Of a DNA stretch of 64,000 nucleotides, positions 1-12,065 are shown in pieces (the first letter of the stretch is position 1; each line of letters starts with the position of its first letter). The translations under genes and the position numbers were made by a program. Source of the stretch: Heptranchias perlo (taxonomy: Eukaryota); NCBI RefSeq assembly GCF_035084215.1, contig NC_090370.1, forward strand, positions 16,988,001 to 17,052,000. The letters are read 5' to 3'. Under the pieces are notes generated by a model. It did no database searches, had not been told where the DNA came from, and worked only from the letters and a program-made list of their open reading frames with translations.

Positions 1-270
1 CTTGAATAGTGGGGTTACATTTGGTACCTTCCAATCCGCTGGGACCATTTTACAATCTAGGGAATTTTGGAAGATCAAAACCAATGCATCCACTATCTCT
101 GCAACCACCTCTTTTAAAACCCCAGGATGTAGGCCATCAGGTCCAGGGGATTTGTCGGCTTTTAGTCCCATTAATTTTTCGAAAACATTTTCTTTACTAA
201 TCTTAATTACTTTAAGTTCCTCGCTCTCATTGGACCCTTGGTTCCCCACTATGTTTTTTGTGTCTTCTAC
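1..270 (-). mobile_element. CR1-type LINE ORF2 fragment (pre-RT/RT region), running off the window edge
   Basis: Reverse complement translates to ENVFEKLMGLKADKSPGPDGLHPGVLKEVVAEIVDALVLIFQNSLDCKMVPADWKVPNVTPLFK, typical of CR1 ORF2. Confidence 0.9.
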
Positions 271-274
271 TCTC

Positions 275-395
275 AGCGACCTGAAATGTTAACCCTTCCT
301 TTCTCTCTCCACAGATGCTGCCTGACCTGCTGAGTGTTTCCAGCATTTTCTGCTTTTATTTCAGATTCCAGTGTCTGCAGTATTTTGCGTTTTGC
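275..395 (+). mobile_element. Penelope-like element 3' terminal fragment with remnant of a hammerhead 3' half
   Basis: gacctgaaatgttaac...ctctccacagatgctgcctgacctgctgag...ccagcattttctg...ctgcagtattttg resembles a recalled shark Penelope-type tail. The CUGANGA half is absent. Confidence 0.55.
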
Positions 396-681
396 CTTCT
401 GACGTTTATACTTGGGAAGATGTGAATGAAGTGATTGAGAAGTGTTGAAGAATCACTCCACAACAGCAAATTGAGGACCTGGTAACACCCAAAATAGCAT
501 TGCTGGAAAATAAGGATGATGACCATTGGGTTCAAAACATCTCAGCATTCAACATCAAATCTCAAGAGGATAAGTTGGATTTATTGATCAGAGTAGACAG
601 ACACATAGGTATTGTGGATTTGGGGGCAACTCAAAGTTTGCAGATCAAATCTCTACAACTCCCTCGAAGAATTTAGTTCCG

Positions 682-1348
682 AGGTCAGGTACAGCACGTG
701 TTACATACAGAGTAAAGCTCCCTCTACACTGTCACATCGAACACTCCCAGGACAGGTACAGCACGGGGTTAGATACAGAGTGAAGCTGCCTCTAACCTGT
801 CCCATCAAACACTCCCAGGGCATATAGTATGGGTTAGATACAGAGTAAAACTCCTTCTACACTGTCCCATCGAACACTCCCAGGACAGGTACAGCACGGG
901 TTAGATACAGAGTGAAGCTGCCTCTAACCTGTCCCATCAAACACTCCCAGGGCATATAGTATGGGTTAGATACAGAGTAAAACTCCCTCTACACTGTCCC
1001 ATCGAACACTCCCAGGACAGGTACAGCACGGGTTAGATACAGAGTAAAGCTCCCTCTACACTGTTCCATCAAACACCCTCAAAGCAGGTACAGCATGGGT
1101 TAGATACAGAATAAAGCTCCCTCTACACTGTCCCATCAAACACTCCCAGGGTAGGTACAGCACGGGTTAGACACAGAGTAAAGCTCCCTCTACACTGTCC
1201 CATCAAACACTCCCAGGGCAGGTACAGGGTTAGATGCAGAGTAAAGCTCCCTCTACACTGTCCCATCAAACACTCCCAGGACAGGTACAGGGTTAGATAC
1301 AGAGTAAAGCTCCCTCTACACTGTCCCATCAAACACTCCCAGGTCAGG
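682..1348. repeat. Minisatellite, ~63-68 bp unit, ~10 copies
   Basis: Unit ggtacagcacgggttagatacagagtaaagctccctctacactgtcccatcaaacactcccagg(a/g)ca repeated head to tail. Confidence 0.95.
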
Positions 1349-1370
1349 CTAGGTGCAGCGTAAAGTGTAA

Positions 1371-1985
1371 AGAAAATATTGCACGGAGAAAACTGCAGCT
1401 CCCGTTATCGGCACGGTGTGCGTGCTGAGCTGCTTAAAGAACATGCCCTGGTACTTTCAATATGAACCGTACGAAATAATTGATAATGTTCACTGGTACT
1501 GCTTCAGGAAAAGCCTAAACTATTTCATCTCCCCCATGTGGTCAGCATTTGAGTTGCTGCAATACATTGTAACCCCGCTTGTCCCATTCCTTCTCATCTT
1601 GATGCTCAATGCCCTGACTGTCAGACATATTTTAGTGGCCAGTCGAATCCGCAGGGGCCTGCGGAACCAGAGGAAGGGCGAGAAAGATAACGATGCAGAG
1701 ATGGACCATCGAAGAAAATCCATCATTTTACTCTTCAGTATATCGGGCAGTTTTATCCTGTTGTGGATGACACATGTTGTACATTCCATCCCTCAGAGAA
1801 TTTCAATCATGTCTTATTACAGGATTAATGTTGATTCAGCAACAGCAGAACAGATTGGAGATGTGCTCCGACTTTTGAGTTGCTGCACAAACACGTGTAT
1901 TTATACCATAACCCAGGCTAAATTCAGAGAGGAGCTGAAGAACGCCTTGAAATATCCGCTGAATCTGATTAAGGTAGTTAATTAA
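1371..1985 (+). pseudogene. 5'-truncated class A GPCR, GPR139/GPR142-like (ICL2 to C-terminus, TM4-TM7)
   Basis: Open frame from 1371 reads RKYCTEKTAAPVIGTVCVLSCLKNMPWYF...TPLVPFLLILMLNALTVRHILVASRIRRGLR...RRKSIILLFSISGSFILLW...LSCCTNTCIYTITQAKFREELKN*. In-frame TAA at 1368-1370; no TM1-TM3/DRF segment seen upstream, where the minisatellite sits instead. Confidence 0.7.
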
Positions 1986-2249
1986 TGGAACAGGGCGCTT
2001 CTTAAAGGGACTTGACTGTGTTTGATATTCAGCCTACTTTCCATGCAGACTCTGCAAAAGGAAATGCAGTGTCTTCTTTAACACAATTGGTGGTCATGAG
2101 AAAATAAGAAATAATGGAACAGGAAAAGTCATCGGACCCATTGGGATTGGTCCTGCTACATTCTGTATTAAAACTCCCTGATTCCCAAAGGTCCAGAATA
2201 TTCAGCCCTCGTCACATCTCAACCATTCAGATCAGTCCCCACCCACCGT

Positions 2250-2650
2250 GCAGTATTTGTCCATCTCAGTCTGTCTATCCTGAGACCGGGGCTTCTGTTA
2301 CTGAGTAGATATTGATCCAGCTCCTCTTTGAAGGAATGAATCGATCATCCTCATCACATATGATTTATTTTCAAATCCCAAGTCTCATTTGAAGCTTGCT
2401 TGTTCTGTGCTCACGGTCGGGCTCCGACAGCCTGCTTCTACCAGCATCATCTACTGACCATGGGTCCTCTCCATCTTCTTTTCTCCAACAATTCAGCGTT
2501 TGCCAGACTCTCCCCTGTCCCCCATCATCTTTGCTCTTTGCTCTGACCTCTCTCCGACCATCAGTGGCCTGTTGAAGAAAGGATGCATAAAACTCTGCAC
2601 AATATTCCAAATCTGCTTCATCAGGCACCTTCACAAAAGTTGGAATCATT
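2250..2650 (-). mobile_element. Highly decayed CR1-like fragment
   Basis: Minus-strand peptide DLEYCAEF resembles the CR1 C-terminal HLEYCVQF motif; otherwise degenerate. Confidence 0.35.
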
Positions 2651-2969
2651 TCTTTTGTATGAGTTAAATTGTCTACCAGATGCCTCTTAGTATCTGATCA
2701 GCTCTGTTGATAAAGGCTTTGACGTCGATTGGAAACTTTCAGTCAATGACCAATTATCACAAGCAAATCCTTCCCTTCCCCAGGTTTGCTAAACGTTTGA
2801 CGTCCTTTCATCTTTCACTCACGTTTTCTGTTTCTGGTTTCAATATGCCTTATTCTACATTTATCTACATATCTAGGAAAGATAAAAGAGAAAAACAGGG
2901 CATTTATCAAGAACAGATCAGAAAGGAGCAGTGAGTAAAGCGAGTGAGATTGCCAAACAGACAATGACA

Positions 2970-3345
2970 GGTTTGAGTTGTACGTATGTAACTCCATAAA
3001 GTATTGTGAATAAAATTGGTGAGTGAAAGGCACAAATTGTTCCGGGGGTTATGATATAAGAACAGCAACAGAAACATGGCTTAGCCTAGGGAAGGACTGG
3101 GAGCTGAACATCCCTGATTACAAAATATTCAGAAGGAATAGAATGGAAAAAGGGAGGAGCAGTGGCAGTGTTTATCTATAGCCCTAAAACACAAGGATGG
3201 TGCAAAACATGAACCTATTTGGTTGGAGTTAACGGACAGAAAGGTGACTGATACTGTATTGGGAATGTCTTATAGACCACTGAACACTGGGAAGGAGGTA
3301 GACGAAGAGATATGGAGACAAATTAGAGAAAAATTCAGGAAAAAC
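2970..3345 (+). mobile_element. CR1 LINE endonuclease-domain fragment (decayed)
   Basis: Translates in pieces to ETWLSLGKDWELNIPDYKIFRRNR, EPIWLEL and VLGMSYRPLNTGKEVDEEIWRQIRE. Confidence 0.75.
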
Positions 3346-3349
3346 AGGA

Positions 3350-3585
3350 TCTTTTTTTACACACAGTGAGTAATTATCATCTGGAATGCTCTGCCTGAAA
3401 GGGTGGCGGAAGCTGATTCAATAGTAACTTTTAAAGAGGGAGTTGGATATATACTTGTAAACGAAACTTTGCAGGGCTATGGGGAAGAAGCGAGGGAGTG
3501 GGACTAATTGGTAGCTCTTTCAAAGAGCCGACACAGACATGATGGGTTGAATGGTCTCCTGTGCTGTAAGATTCTAGGATTCTAG
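3350..3585 (+). mobile_element. CR1 LINE 3' end with short terminal repeat
   Basis: tctggaatgctctgcctgaaagggtgg...cagggctatgggga...gatgggttgaatggtctcctgtgctgtaagattctaggattctag. Confidence 0.8.
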
Positions 3586-3589
3586 ACTG

Positions 3590-4440
3590 GGATAAGAGTT
3601 GGGAAAGAGTTCCTTGGATGAGAAGATAAATTAAAATTATTAGAGTTAAAAAGAGGGACATGACAAACCTGGGGCTAATAATACAAAATAAAATAAAGTT
3701 AAATTTAGAAAATATAGAGAAGCAAAAGAGATTAAAAGGTTAAGAGGAAGTCTGAAGACAGAGTGACAGGGAACGTAAAGGGAAATAATAAATGATTTTA
3801 TAAACACAGAAAATAAAAGAATAGTTAAAGGAAGGGGAGGGACAATTATTGGAGATGAAAAAGTAAATCACCTTATGGAGGATGAAGGAATGGCGGAGAT
3901 ACTAAATGAGGACTTTGCCTCCGTTTTCTCAGGAGAGTGTGGTAGTGGGAATGAAAGGGTTTAAGAGGAGGAGGTGGTGCAATTAGACAGGGTAATGATA
4001 GGTAAGGAAGGAGTGCTGAAAATATTGGTGGAACTCACAGGGGAAAAGGCACCAGACCCTGATGGTGATTGTGTCCAATAGTTGATGCCCTACTTCAGGG
4101 AACATATCAAGGCCATGGAGACTCACCAAGATGACACCAGGGATGAGAAGCTTTACTTATGAGGAGACACTTGGGAAACTGGGACTCTTTTGATTGGAGC
4201 AGAGAAGGTCAAGAGGAGAACTGATGGAGGTGTTCATTACGAGGCATTTTGATCAGGCAAATCAGGTAAAACTATTTTCACTGGTGGGTGAATCAGTAAT
4301 CTGGAGGGGAGAAATTTAACGTCATCACCAAAAGAGGATAGGAGAGGTTTCTTCAATACAGAGTGTTGTTAAGACATGGAATGTCCAACCAGAAACAGTG
4401 GGGGAAACAGAATCCAAAGCAGCTTTTAAAAGATGCATGA
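3590..4440 (+). mobile_element. Decayed, internally deleted CR1 ORF2 fragments
   Basis: MAEILNEDFASVFS and KAPDPDG motifs, then C-terminal-like LGLF...EQRRSRGELMEVF segments with stops and frameshifts. Confidence 0.7.
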
Positions 4441-5059
4441 GACTCCTCACATTGTGTCAATAACAAAACAACACTGATATGGATTTTAATCTTTAGTTTA
4501 TTAGCTTAGGAACTGACATATGTACTGCCAGGGGAAAGGAAACACAACGAGCTCAGCTTCTACCACTTTGTGGTTAACATTGCGTCCAGCATTTCGCAAA
4601 ATAACGTGCTGATATTATGGGGAAGGAGCTGGCCTCCAGGTAGTCTACTGATCTTATTGATAATCATTGGCATATCTGATGCACAATAATACATAACTGG
4701 GAGCGAGGAGACTGCAGGACACCATAAACACAAACTGCAAGTCTTGAACATTTACAAACATTATTTGAACTCTAAAATTAAGCTCCAGGCCCTATCTCAC
4801 TCCACATGAATTAAACACAAACAGCAAACGTTTATTTTTACCATTTCCATGATGGCTCCAGGTTTACTTGACATCTTTCAGACCATTCCAGCATCTCCAT
4901 GTACCATGGAAAGCCACTCACAGGAGCACGAGGCATCATCACGGGGCAATTCCATGTATAGTGCATATTATATAGAATAATGGATACCAGGAATTGATTA
5001 TAAGGTTGAAATCTCCCTGTTCCATATCTCCTGATGGCACTGATTCCACACGTACTGCT

Positions 5060-5410
5060 ACCCTCCAGCACCTCACTCAGGTGGCCATTCCTTATGTGTA
5101 ATCCTAAACAATGAGTGTCAATGGCCTATTCGACTGAGAGGAGAATGGAGGAGTATCATCGCCAAGTAGTGATTCTGTCCTCAACCGACATCCACGTACA
5201 CACATTCCAGCAGGAGTCACTAGAGTATCAGAAACCAGATGATTTTCCTTCTCTGGCCCAGAGGCACTCAGGCTAATTGTAGTGCCACTACATTTGCCTG
5301 GTTGAGATCAGCTGATTTAGTACAGATCAGGGGGATGTAACTTCAGACCTTCCTGGTCTGTCTGGATCAATACCACACCAGGCAGTGTATTTACCCAAGA
5401 GGGATCACAT
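5060..5410 (-). mobile_element. tRNA-derived SINE, family A (unnamed here)
   Basis: Reverse-complement similarity to the copy at 48540-49015 (ttccagcaggagtcact; gagatcagctga; ctggtctgt). Confidence 0.65.
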
Positions 5411-5789
5411 CTGCTCACATAAGGCGGCAATCTAACTATAGAACTTAGATGGCATAAGTTGTGAGAGTAAAGCTCAAGTGGTCAATATAATTATCTGGAG
5501 GGCAAGATTAGATTCCTGCCTTAAAATCATCCCCAATGTCGATGGTGGTTTATAACATTTACTGATTCCGTTGATGTGGGATGGGGATCTTGTTTGCAGT
5601 GGGGAGGGCTCTGCCAGCAGTGCCTGTTAATATGGATTGTCAAATGTCCACACATACACCATGTCCATCATGAGTGATGTTCAGATTAGTGATTGTGGTA
5701 TCAAAATCACTGGAAAATTCTCACTCTGGAATGTATCTGCATAATATATGATATGCATCTTATGTCTGCACACACTTCCTGTCAACTTT

Positions 5790-5965
5790 ATCCATTTCAA
5801 ATTCCTATCTCCACATGCCCATGTAAAATTGTCATGCTGTAATTACACCCTCCAGCTAGCAGACGCGGCAGTACCACCAGTGGTAGGAGGGTAAAACTAC
5901 AGTGTGACATGTTTACATAGACAGTTTCCATTACAAATGTGCACATAGGAATTTATACTGGAAAT
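5790..5965. repeat. Old degenerate inverted repeat (MITE-like relic)
   Basis: Left aaattcctat..cacat..atgtaaa..tgtca..ctgta..accctcc mirrors right ggagggt..tacag..tgaca..tttacat..atgtg..ataggaattt. Confidence 0.45.
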
Positions 5966-6259
5966 ATAAGGACATGACTTAAAAATGGGGATTGCATTAC
6001 ATCTGGCCCAATTAACCCCCACCCTCCAACCCGGCTTCTCTTCAAAACTACACTTGAACTTGACTCCCTGTGTGTATCACCATAGTTAAAGACTAAATTC
6101 AGTGATCTCGTGCTCCCAGTGGGCATTGCTCAGAGGGAGTGTGCGTCAGAGAATTGGCGTGATAGCCCATTCTCCGACCTGCGTTGCCTTCAAGCATGGC
6201 TCCCTGCTAGGAGTGCTGAATTTACCATTATATTACAACACTCACGCAACACAGCCCCG

Positions 6260-8250
6260 AGATCAGACCAGAAATTTTACTCAGGAGTGCACGAAATCTA
6301 TATTCACCATTCTGTAGTCAGTTAAGATGATCTCAACCAAAGCAGCAGTACGGGTGCTACAATTGGTCTCAACATCCCAGAGATAAAAAACAGCCAAGAT
6401 TCCAGTTCTTGATCACTGTCCAGTCACCCCTGCTGGAAAGTGAGTGCGTGAATGCTATGCGGTCGTGTGAATGTTGTGCGTGTGTGTAAATGTACTGTGT
6501 GCCTCTGTGCGTGTGAATGCACTGTATGCCTGTGTGTGTGTGTGGATGTACTGTGTGCCTGTGTGTGAATGTTGTGTGTGTGTGAATGTACTGTGTGCCT
6601 GTGTGTGTGAATGTTGTGTGTGTGAATGTACTGTGTGCCTGTGTATGTGTGAATGTACCATGTGCCTGTGCGTGCGTGTGAATGTACTGTGTGCCTGTGT
6701 GTGTGTGAATGTTGTGTGTGTGTGTGAATGTTGTGTGTGTGTGAATGTACTGTGTGCCTGTGTGTGTGAATGTACTGTGTGCCTGTGTGTGTGTGAATGT
6801 TGTGTGTGTGTGAATGTACTGTGTGCCTGTGTGTGTGTGAATGTTGTGTGTGTGTGAATGTACTGTGTGCCTGTGTGTGTGTGAATGTTGTGTGTGTGTG
6901 AATGTACTGTGTGCCTGTGTGTGTGAATGTACTGTGTGCCTGTGTATGTGTGAATGTACCATGTGCCTGTGCGTGCGTGTGAATGTACTGTGTGCCTGTG
7001 AATGTTGTGTGTGTGTGTGAATGGCGTGTGTGTGTGAATGTACTGTGTGCCTGTGTGTGTGTGAATGTTGTGTGTGTGAATGCTGTGTGTGTGTGTGTGA
7101 ATGTACTGTGTGCCTGTGTGTGTGAATGTACCATGTGCCTGTGCGTGCGTGTGAATGTACTGTGTGCCTGTGTGTGTGAATGTACCATGTGCCTGTGCGT
7201 GTGTGTGAATGTACTGTGTGCCTGTGAATGTTGTGTGTGTGTGAATGTACTGTGTGCCTGTGTGTGTGTGAATGTACTGTGTGCCTGTGTGTGAATGCTG
7301 TGTGTGTGTGTGTGAATGTACTGTGTGCCTGTGTGTGAATGTTGTGTGTGTGTGTGTGAATGCTGTGTGTGTGTGTGAATGTACTGTGTGCCTGTGTGTG
7401 AATGTTGTGTGTGTGTGTGTGAATGCTGTGTGTGTGTGTGAATGTACTGTGTGCCTGTGTGTGAATGTTGTGTGTGTGTGTGAATGCTGTGTGTGTGTGT
7501 GAATGTACTGTGTGCCTGTGTGTGAATGTTGTGTGTGTGTGTGTGAATGCTGTGTGTGTGTGTGAATGTACTGTGTGCCTGTGTGTGAATGTTGTGTGTG
7601 TGTGTGAATGCTGTGTATGTGTGTGTGAATGTACTGTGTGCCTGTGTGTGAATGTTGTGTGTGTGTGTGAATGCTGTGTGTGTGTGTGAATGTACTGTGT
7701 GCCTGTGTGTGAATGTTGTGTGTGTGTGTGAATGCTGTGTGTGTGTGAGAATGTTCTGCATGTGTGTGAATGTACTGTGTGCCTGTGTGAATGTACTGTG
7801 TACCTGTGTGTATATGAATGTTGTGCGTGCGTGTGAATGTACTGTGTGCCTGTGTGAATGTTGTGCGTCCCTGTGTATATGAATGTTGTGCGTACGTGTG
7901 AATGTACTGTGCGTGTGAATGTACTGTGTGCCTGTGCGTGCGTGTGAATGTACTGTGTACCTGTGTGTGTGAATGTTGTGTGTGTGTGAATGCTGTGTGT
8001 GTGTGAGAATGTTCTGCATGTGTGTGAATGTACTGTGTGCCTCTGTGTGTGTGTGCGCCTCTGGTGAGGACTGCATTGGGTTCAGCTGTGATCCTGCCCA
8101 CACAGCTAACTCATCTATCAACACTCGCTGTCCATGCTCATGCAGCAAGAATGGCAATCTGGGTGAATTATCAGAGAGCTACTGGTATCCATGGAACTGT
8201 GCCTCAACACGGGGTCTGCATCTTCAGAAGGGGTGGGGGAGAAGTTGGAG
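6260..8250 (+). mobile_element. SINE family A copy split by a GT-rich array (5' part ~6260-6445, 3' part ~8057-8250)
   Basis: tgatctcaacc...gctacaattgg...ccagtcacccctgctggaaagtg lies before the array and ggtgaggactgcattgggttcagctgtgat...acactcgctgtccatgctca...aagaatggc after it; the homologous parts are contiguous at ~48740-48880. Confidence 0.7.
6441..8056. repeat. Compound (TG)n micro/minisatellite, ~1.6 kb
   Basis: Alternating modules gaatgtactgtgtgcc(tg)n, gaatgt(tg)n and gaatgc(tg)n. Confidence 0.97.
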
Positions 8251-10799
8251 GTAAAAATAATCTGCACGCACTCTGCAATAAGTGTGGGCAGTACAACGTA
8301 GTTCATGCTCCTCAGGGCTTCCTAAAAGTCTCCACAGCAGCATGGTGCTGTCCTGACAATGCAGATACATCTGATGGGTGTCTATGGACAATTTCCAATA
8401 CGGAAATCTGAAATTTAAATCATGAAATGTGATGAATATAAATACAGCTGTTAACAAAATCACAATTTATTAGTAGATTCTCCTATTTTTAATAGTTTTT
8501 ACAAGTTCCGAGAGAGTTTACAGAGAATAGAAGACTTATGTTGGAAGATGGGGATTACATTCCATGGGGGTTCATAAAATAGCATGCCTCATCATTGCAC
8601 CATTTTGACTAACAGGAAATCCTGCTTCACAATGGCTACCAGAGACACTGCAATTTGGAAACTGGTCAGCTTTAAATACCTGGAGGCAGTAAGTCCCTGC
8701 GTTTCACTGACAAAGCTCACTAATCTATGGAACAGCCAGGCTAAGATATACGAGAAAGATACAGTATATTGCAGATTAAGGCAACAAACGGGATTATATC
8801 AACACTGGATCACTAGGTCTAGTAGCAAACCATTTGGTCCAACAATTAAAAGCATCCTAAATGTAGACTGTAAGCCAACTGGGCTAGTCGTTGCCCCAGC
8901 AACATTTTGCTTGCCAATGCTCACAGGCTGTATTCCCCACCCTCCCTTCCCCTCCCCTCCCTCAATAAAGCTTTCTGACAAAGACACTTTTGGTGAGGGC
9001 AGCAGACTCCTCCATTAGCCTACGAGTGACACATCACAAACTATTACAAGCAATCTTTCAGTATGATCTCTTTTTAAGCCAATATATGATCCAGTGAAAG
9101 AAAATGAGTTGCTAGTCCAACCTCATCCAATAGTGGAATAGATTAAAGTAAGTCTCTGGCCTACCAACACACTTTTATAGATTCTAACTGATTAGTTTCT
9201 TTTTGAAAAGAAAGCTAAATCCAAAGTTGAAATCCCAGAATCCTTAAATTTTGTTGCCAAAATGAACTGTTCTGTTGGATAACGTCACAGGTTCAACAGA
9301 TACTGCATGGACTACAGCTGCCAATCAACCCACAACATCTAGTGCAACAGTCCATCACACAGTGGGAAGCAACAGAAATTTGAAATCTTTGAACATTATA
9401 GCTACAAAAACAGGTCTAAATTGTAAATGCAGATAAGTAATGCAGGCTGGGGATTTACCTCTGATTGATGAAAGGTACACCAATATGAAATACTACACCT
9501 AACTGCATGATACACATTTTCGTACATGAATAGAAAAAAATATTTACAATTTTAAAAAGAAGCAATACTTTTAACCATTGGGTGCTAATGCTCATCCACA
9601 TTCCAAAGTGAAGGTACGAGCCACACCTAACCTACATTCCTAAGTATGATGCCCAACCTTCAGCCAGCTATTTTTAAAAGCCAATAGAACTTTTACACAA
9701 GAGTTGCGTTTCTGAACTAAAGTTGTTTCAGTGAAGTATATGCTGGGCCTTAAAATGAGATTTGTCTTTTGTTCTGCACGTTACAGCAACACAGGCACAA
9801 CACCAAAGTATTCCAAACTGGACAATGGCTTAAATTGGTATTCTTGCTTTCCTTGAATTTTATTGGACAAGTGGCTCCTTTTGGACTTCCCCTCCACCCC
9901 CCCAGAAAAAAAATTAACAGTTGATCAAATGCAACAAGAGTACCAAAGGTTTGAAGACAGTGTGGCAGAGTGATACCTCCAGAAGACAAATCCACACATC
10001 ATTTTCACTGAGTATCTACAAGCCATTGAGCACCAGTAAAATGCACCATTATGTCACAGAGAGATTTTTTGCCCAGTGCATACATTCACATAGATGTTAC
10101 CTCTTTGCCACATCAGTAAATCACAAAAATGTCAGTGGAGGAGGTAAGCACACTGATGACGACTGCACAGTTTGTTACTGGACAGTTGTTGGGCTTCACT
10201 TGCCCCAAGTGGTGACCAGGCAATCTGAAACATGCAAACACTTCAAAAAATGTAAAGCATCTCTCATCTTGCAGGGTGTACTCTCTTCCCCCTTCCAAAA
10301 AAAAGTCACATATTTCTCTCCAGCTAAGAGGGTGAGATGATCGGCTCCACAGACTTCCCTTCATGGGCACCATCAATGCTGTTCTGTGATCAGGCACCAG
10401 CAGCCGCAAATTAGTCAATCAGCTTCTCCCTTGCTCCTACTTGTGGTTTTGAATAAAGCATTAGTGTTCAAGTACCTACATTTAGATCTGCTCGGGAGTG
10501 CTGCAATAAATACCTTCACTGGTCCGCAGAAAAAGGTTTCAATCTCAGCAAAGGAAAATGTATGGTTGGCTGCTTTTGTCTCTATCACCACCAGGGCTCT
10601 GAGCCAAACATCGTGTCTACAGAACAGATACCAGAATTCATTTTCCAAAATCCTGGAATCAACATCTCAGATAGACAGCGACGGTGAACATAGAAAACAT
10701 AACTCATAAACAGTAAATGCTGGTAAATCACTTACAATGTGGAGCTCTGCTGACATGACTCGGTTCGTCTCTACTCTTCTTACATCTGCCAACTTCACA

Positions 10800-11240
10800 G
10801 GTTACTTCTCCCCCACCCCCTCCAATTTTCTTCCATCCTCTCCTGAAGGTGCTGGCTCTTGCTGGGGTACCATACTATGGGCAGGGACCACCCTCCAGCA
10901 CCTTGCCTAAGTGGCCATCATTTATATGTGAGGCTATTCAATTGTGATGGGGCATCATAACTGAGGCCGAACCTGCCCTAACCCGATATCCACACACACG
11001 TTCTAAGAGGGCTCACTGGATAGTGATCAGGAGCGAGAAGCCTGACTGATATTCCCCCCACCTCCCCCCCCCATCCCATCCTCCCAGTTCAGGGGCATGG
11101 AGCATTGTTGCAACTCTACTGTCATCCTGACTAAAATCAACTAACTCTGCGCAGACCAGGAATGGAACCTATCTTTCTGGTCTGTATAGCTTAGTACCAC
11201 ACCGGGCAGAGTTGTTATCCACTGAGCCATCAGATGAGCT
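10800..11240 (-). mobile_element. SINE family A copy with Pol III A/B boxes
   Basis: Minus-strand head has tggctcagtgg (A box) and ggttccattcc (B-box-like); the body matches the other copies. Confidence 0.75.
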
Positions 11241-11534
11241 TTCACAGATTATTTGAATTTTCCTTCTGCTGTTCCCAACTTAATTTTTTAAAATATCTTT
11301 TTTGCTTGGGGAAGAGGGGAGTTTGTGGCTGTTCTGGCAATGTTCAACTTTGTCCTCTCTACACCCCGAGGTGTGATGAGCACCCCTAAGATCGAGTGTA
11401 GTAGAAGCAAAATCCACTGAGAAGCTTCCCTGCCCACACCTCCCCTGTCTGCTTGGAAAACCCAGTAAAGGACCATCTCCATTCAACTATTGGGCCCATC
11501 TTTAGGATGAAAAGATGTCACAAAGCTGAAAAAA

Positions 11535-12065
11535 ATAAACACATTTATACAGCGCCTTTAACGAAAAAGCATCCCAGGGCACTTCACAAATGTTGAGCAG
11601 TAGTACAACAATTAGGAGAAATGACCGAATGCATGGTCAAAAATACAGGTTTTCAGAAGGTGGGGAGAGAGGTAGCAAAGCAGAGGGATTTAGGAAGGCA
11701 GTGCCAGAAAATGTGGCTGACACCGTTAACGGGTATCCCACTAATAGTGGAGTGGAGGGGGGGGGGAACAAATAGGAAGTCAAAGTGAAAGGACTGAACA
11801 GCATTGGTAAAGGTAGGGTGGAATGAGGCAATGGAGGGATTTGTGAACGCGACAAGGATTTCAGATTCAATGCATTGGGAGTCGGGAGCAGGAAGCCAAT
11901 GGAGGATGGGGTAATGGGCATGTAGGATTTTGAGTGGGTAAGGATGTGGGCAGTTTTGGATTATTGGAGTTTGTGTGGGGTGGAACCCGGAAGCCCATCG
12001 GAGAAGTTGAGTGTGGAAATAATAAAAGTGATGATAATGGTTTCAGAGACGGTGAGGGTGACAGA
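11535..12065 (-). mobile_element. L2-type LINE 3' fragment (decayed)
   Basis: Begins catttatacagcgcctttaacg...tcccagggcacttcaca, the same tail as the L2 at 57100-57660; the body is co-linear with it. Confidence 0.75.

Noticed and set aside
568-676. Peptide IVDLGATQS resembling a retroviral aspartic protease motif
   Set aside because: D(S/T)G is not intact, the frame is short, and no gag or RT context was seen.
6093-6225. Possible weak inverted repeat (aaattcag...ctgaattt)
   Set aside because: Arms are too short and degenerate to support by eye.
6369-8157. Long His/Thr-rich (up to 577 aa) and Cys/Val-rich ORFs
   Set aside because: By-products of a stop-poor (CA)n/(TG)n array; open in several frames on both strands.
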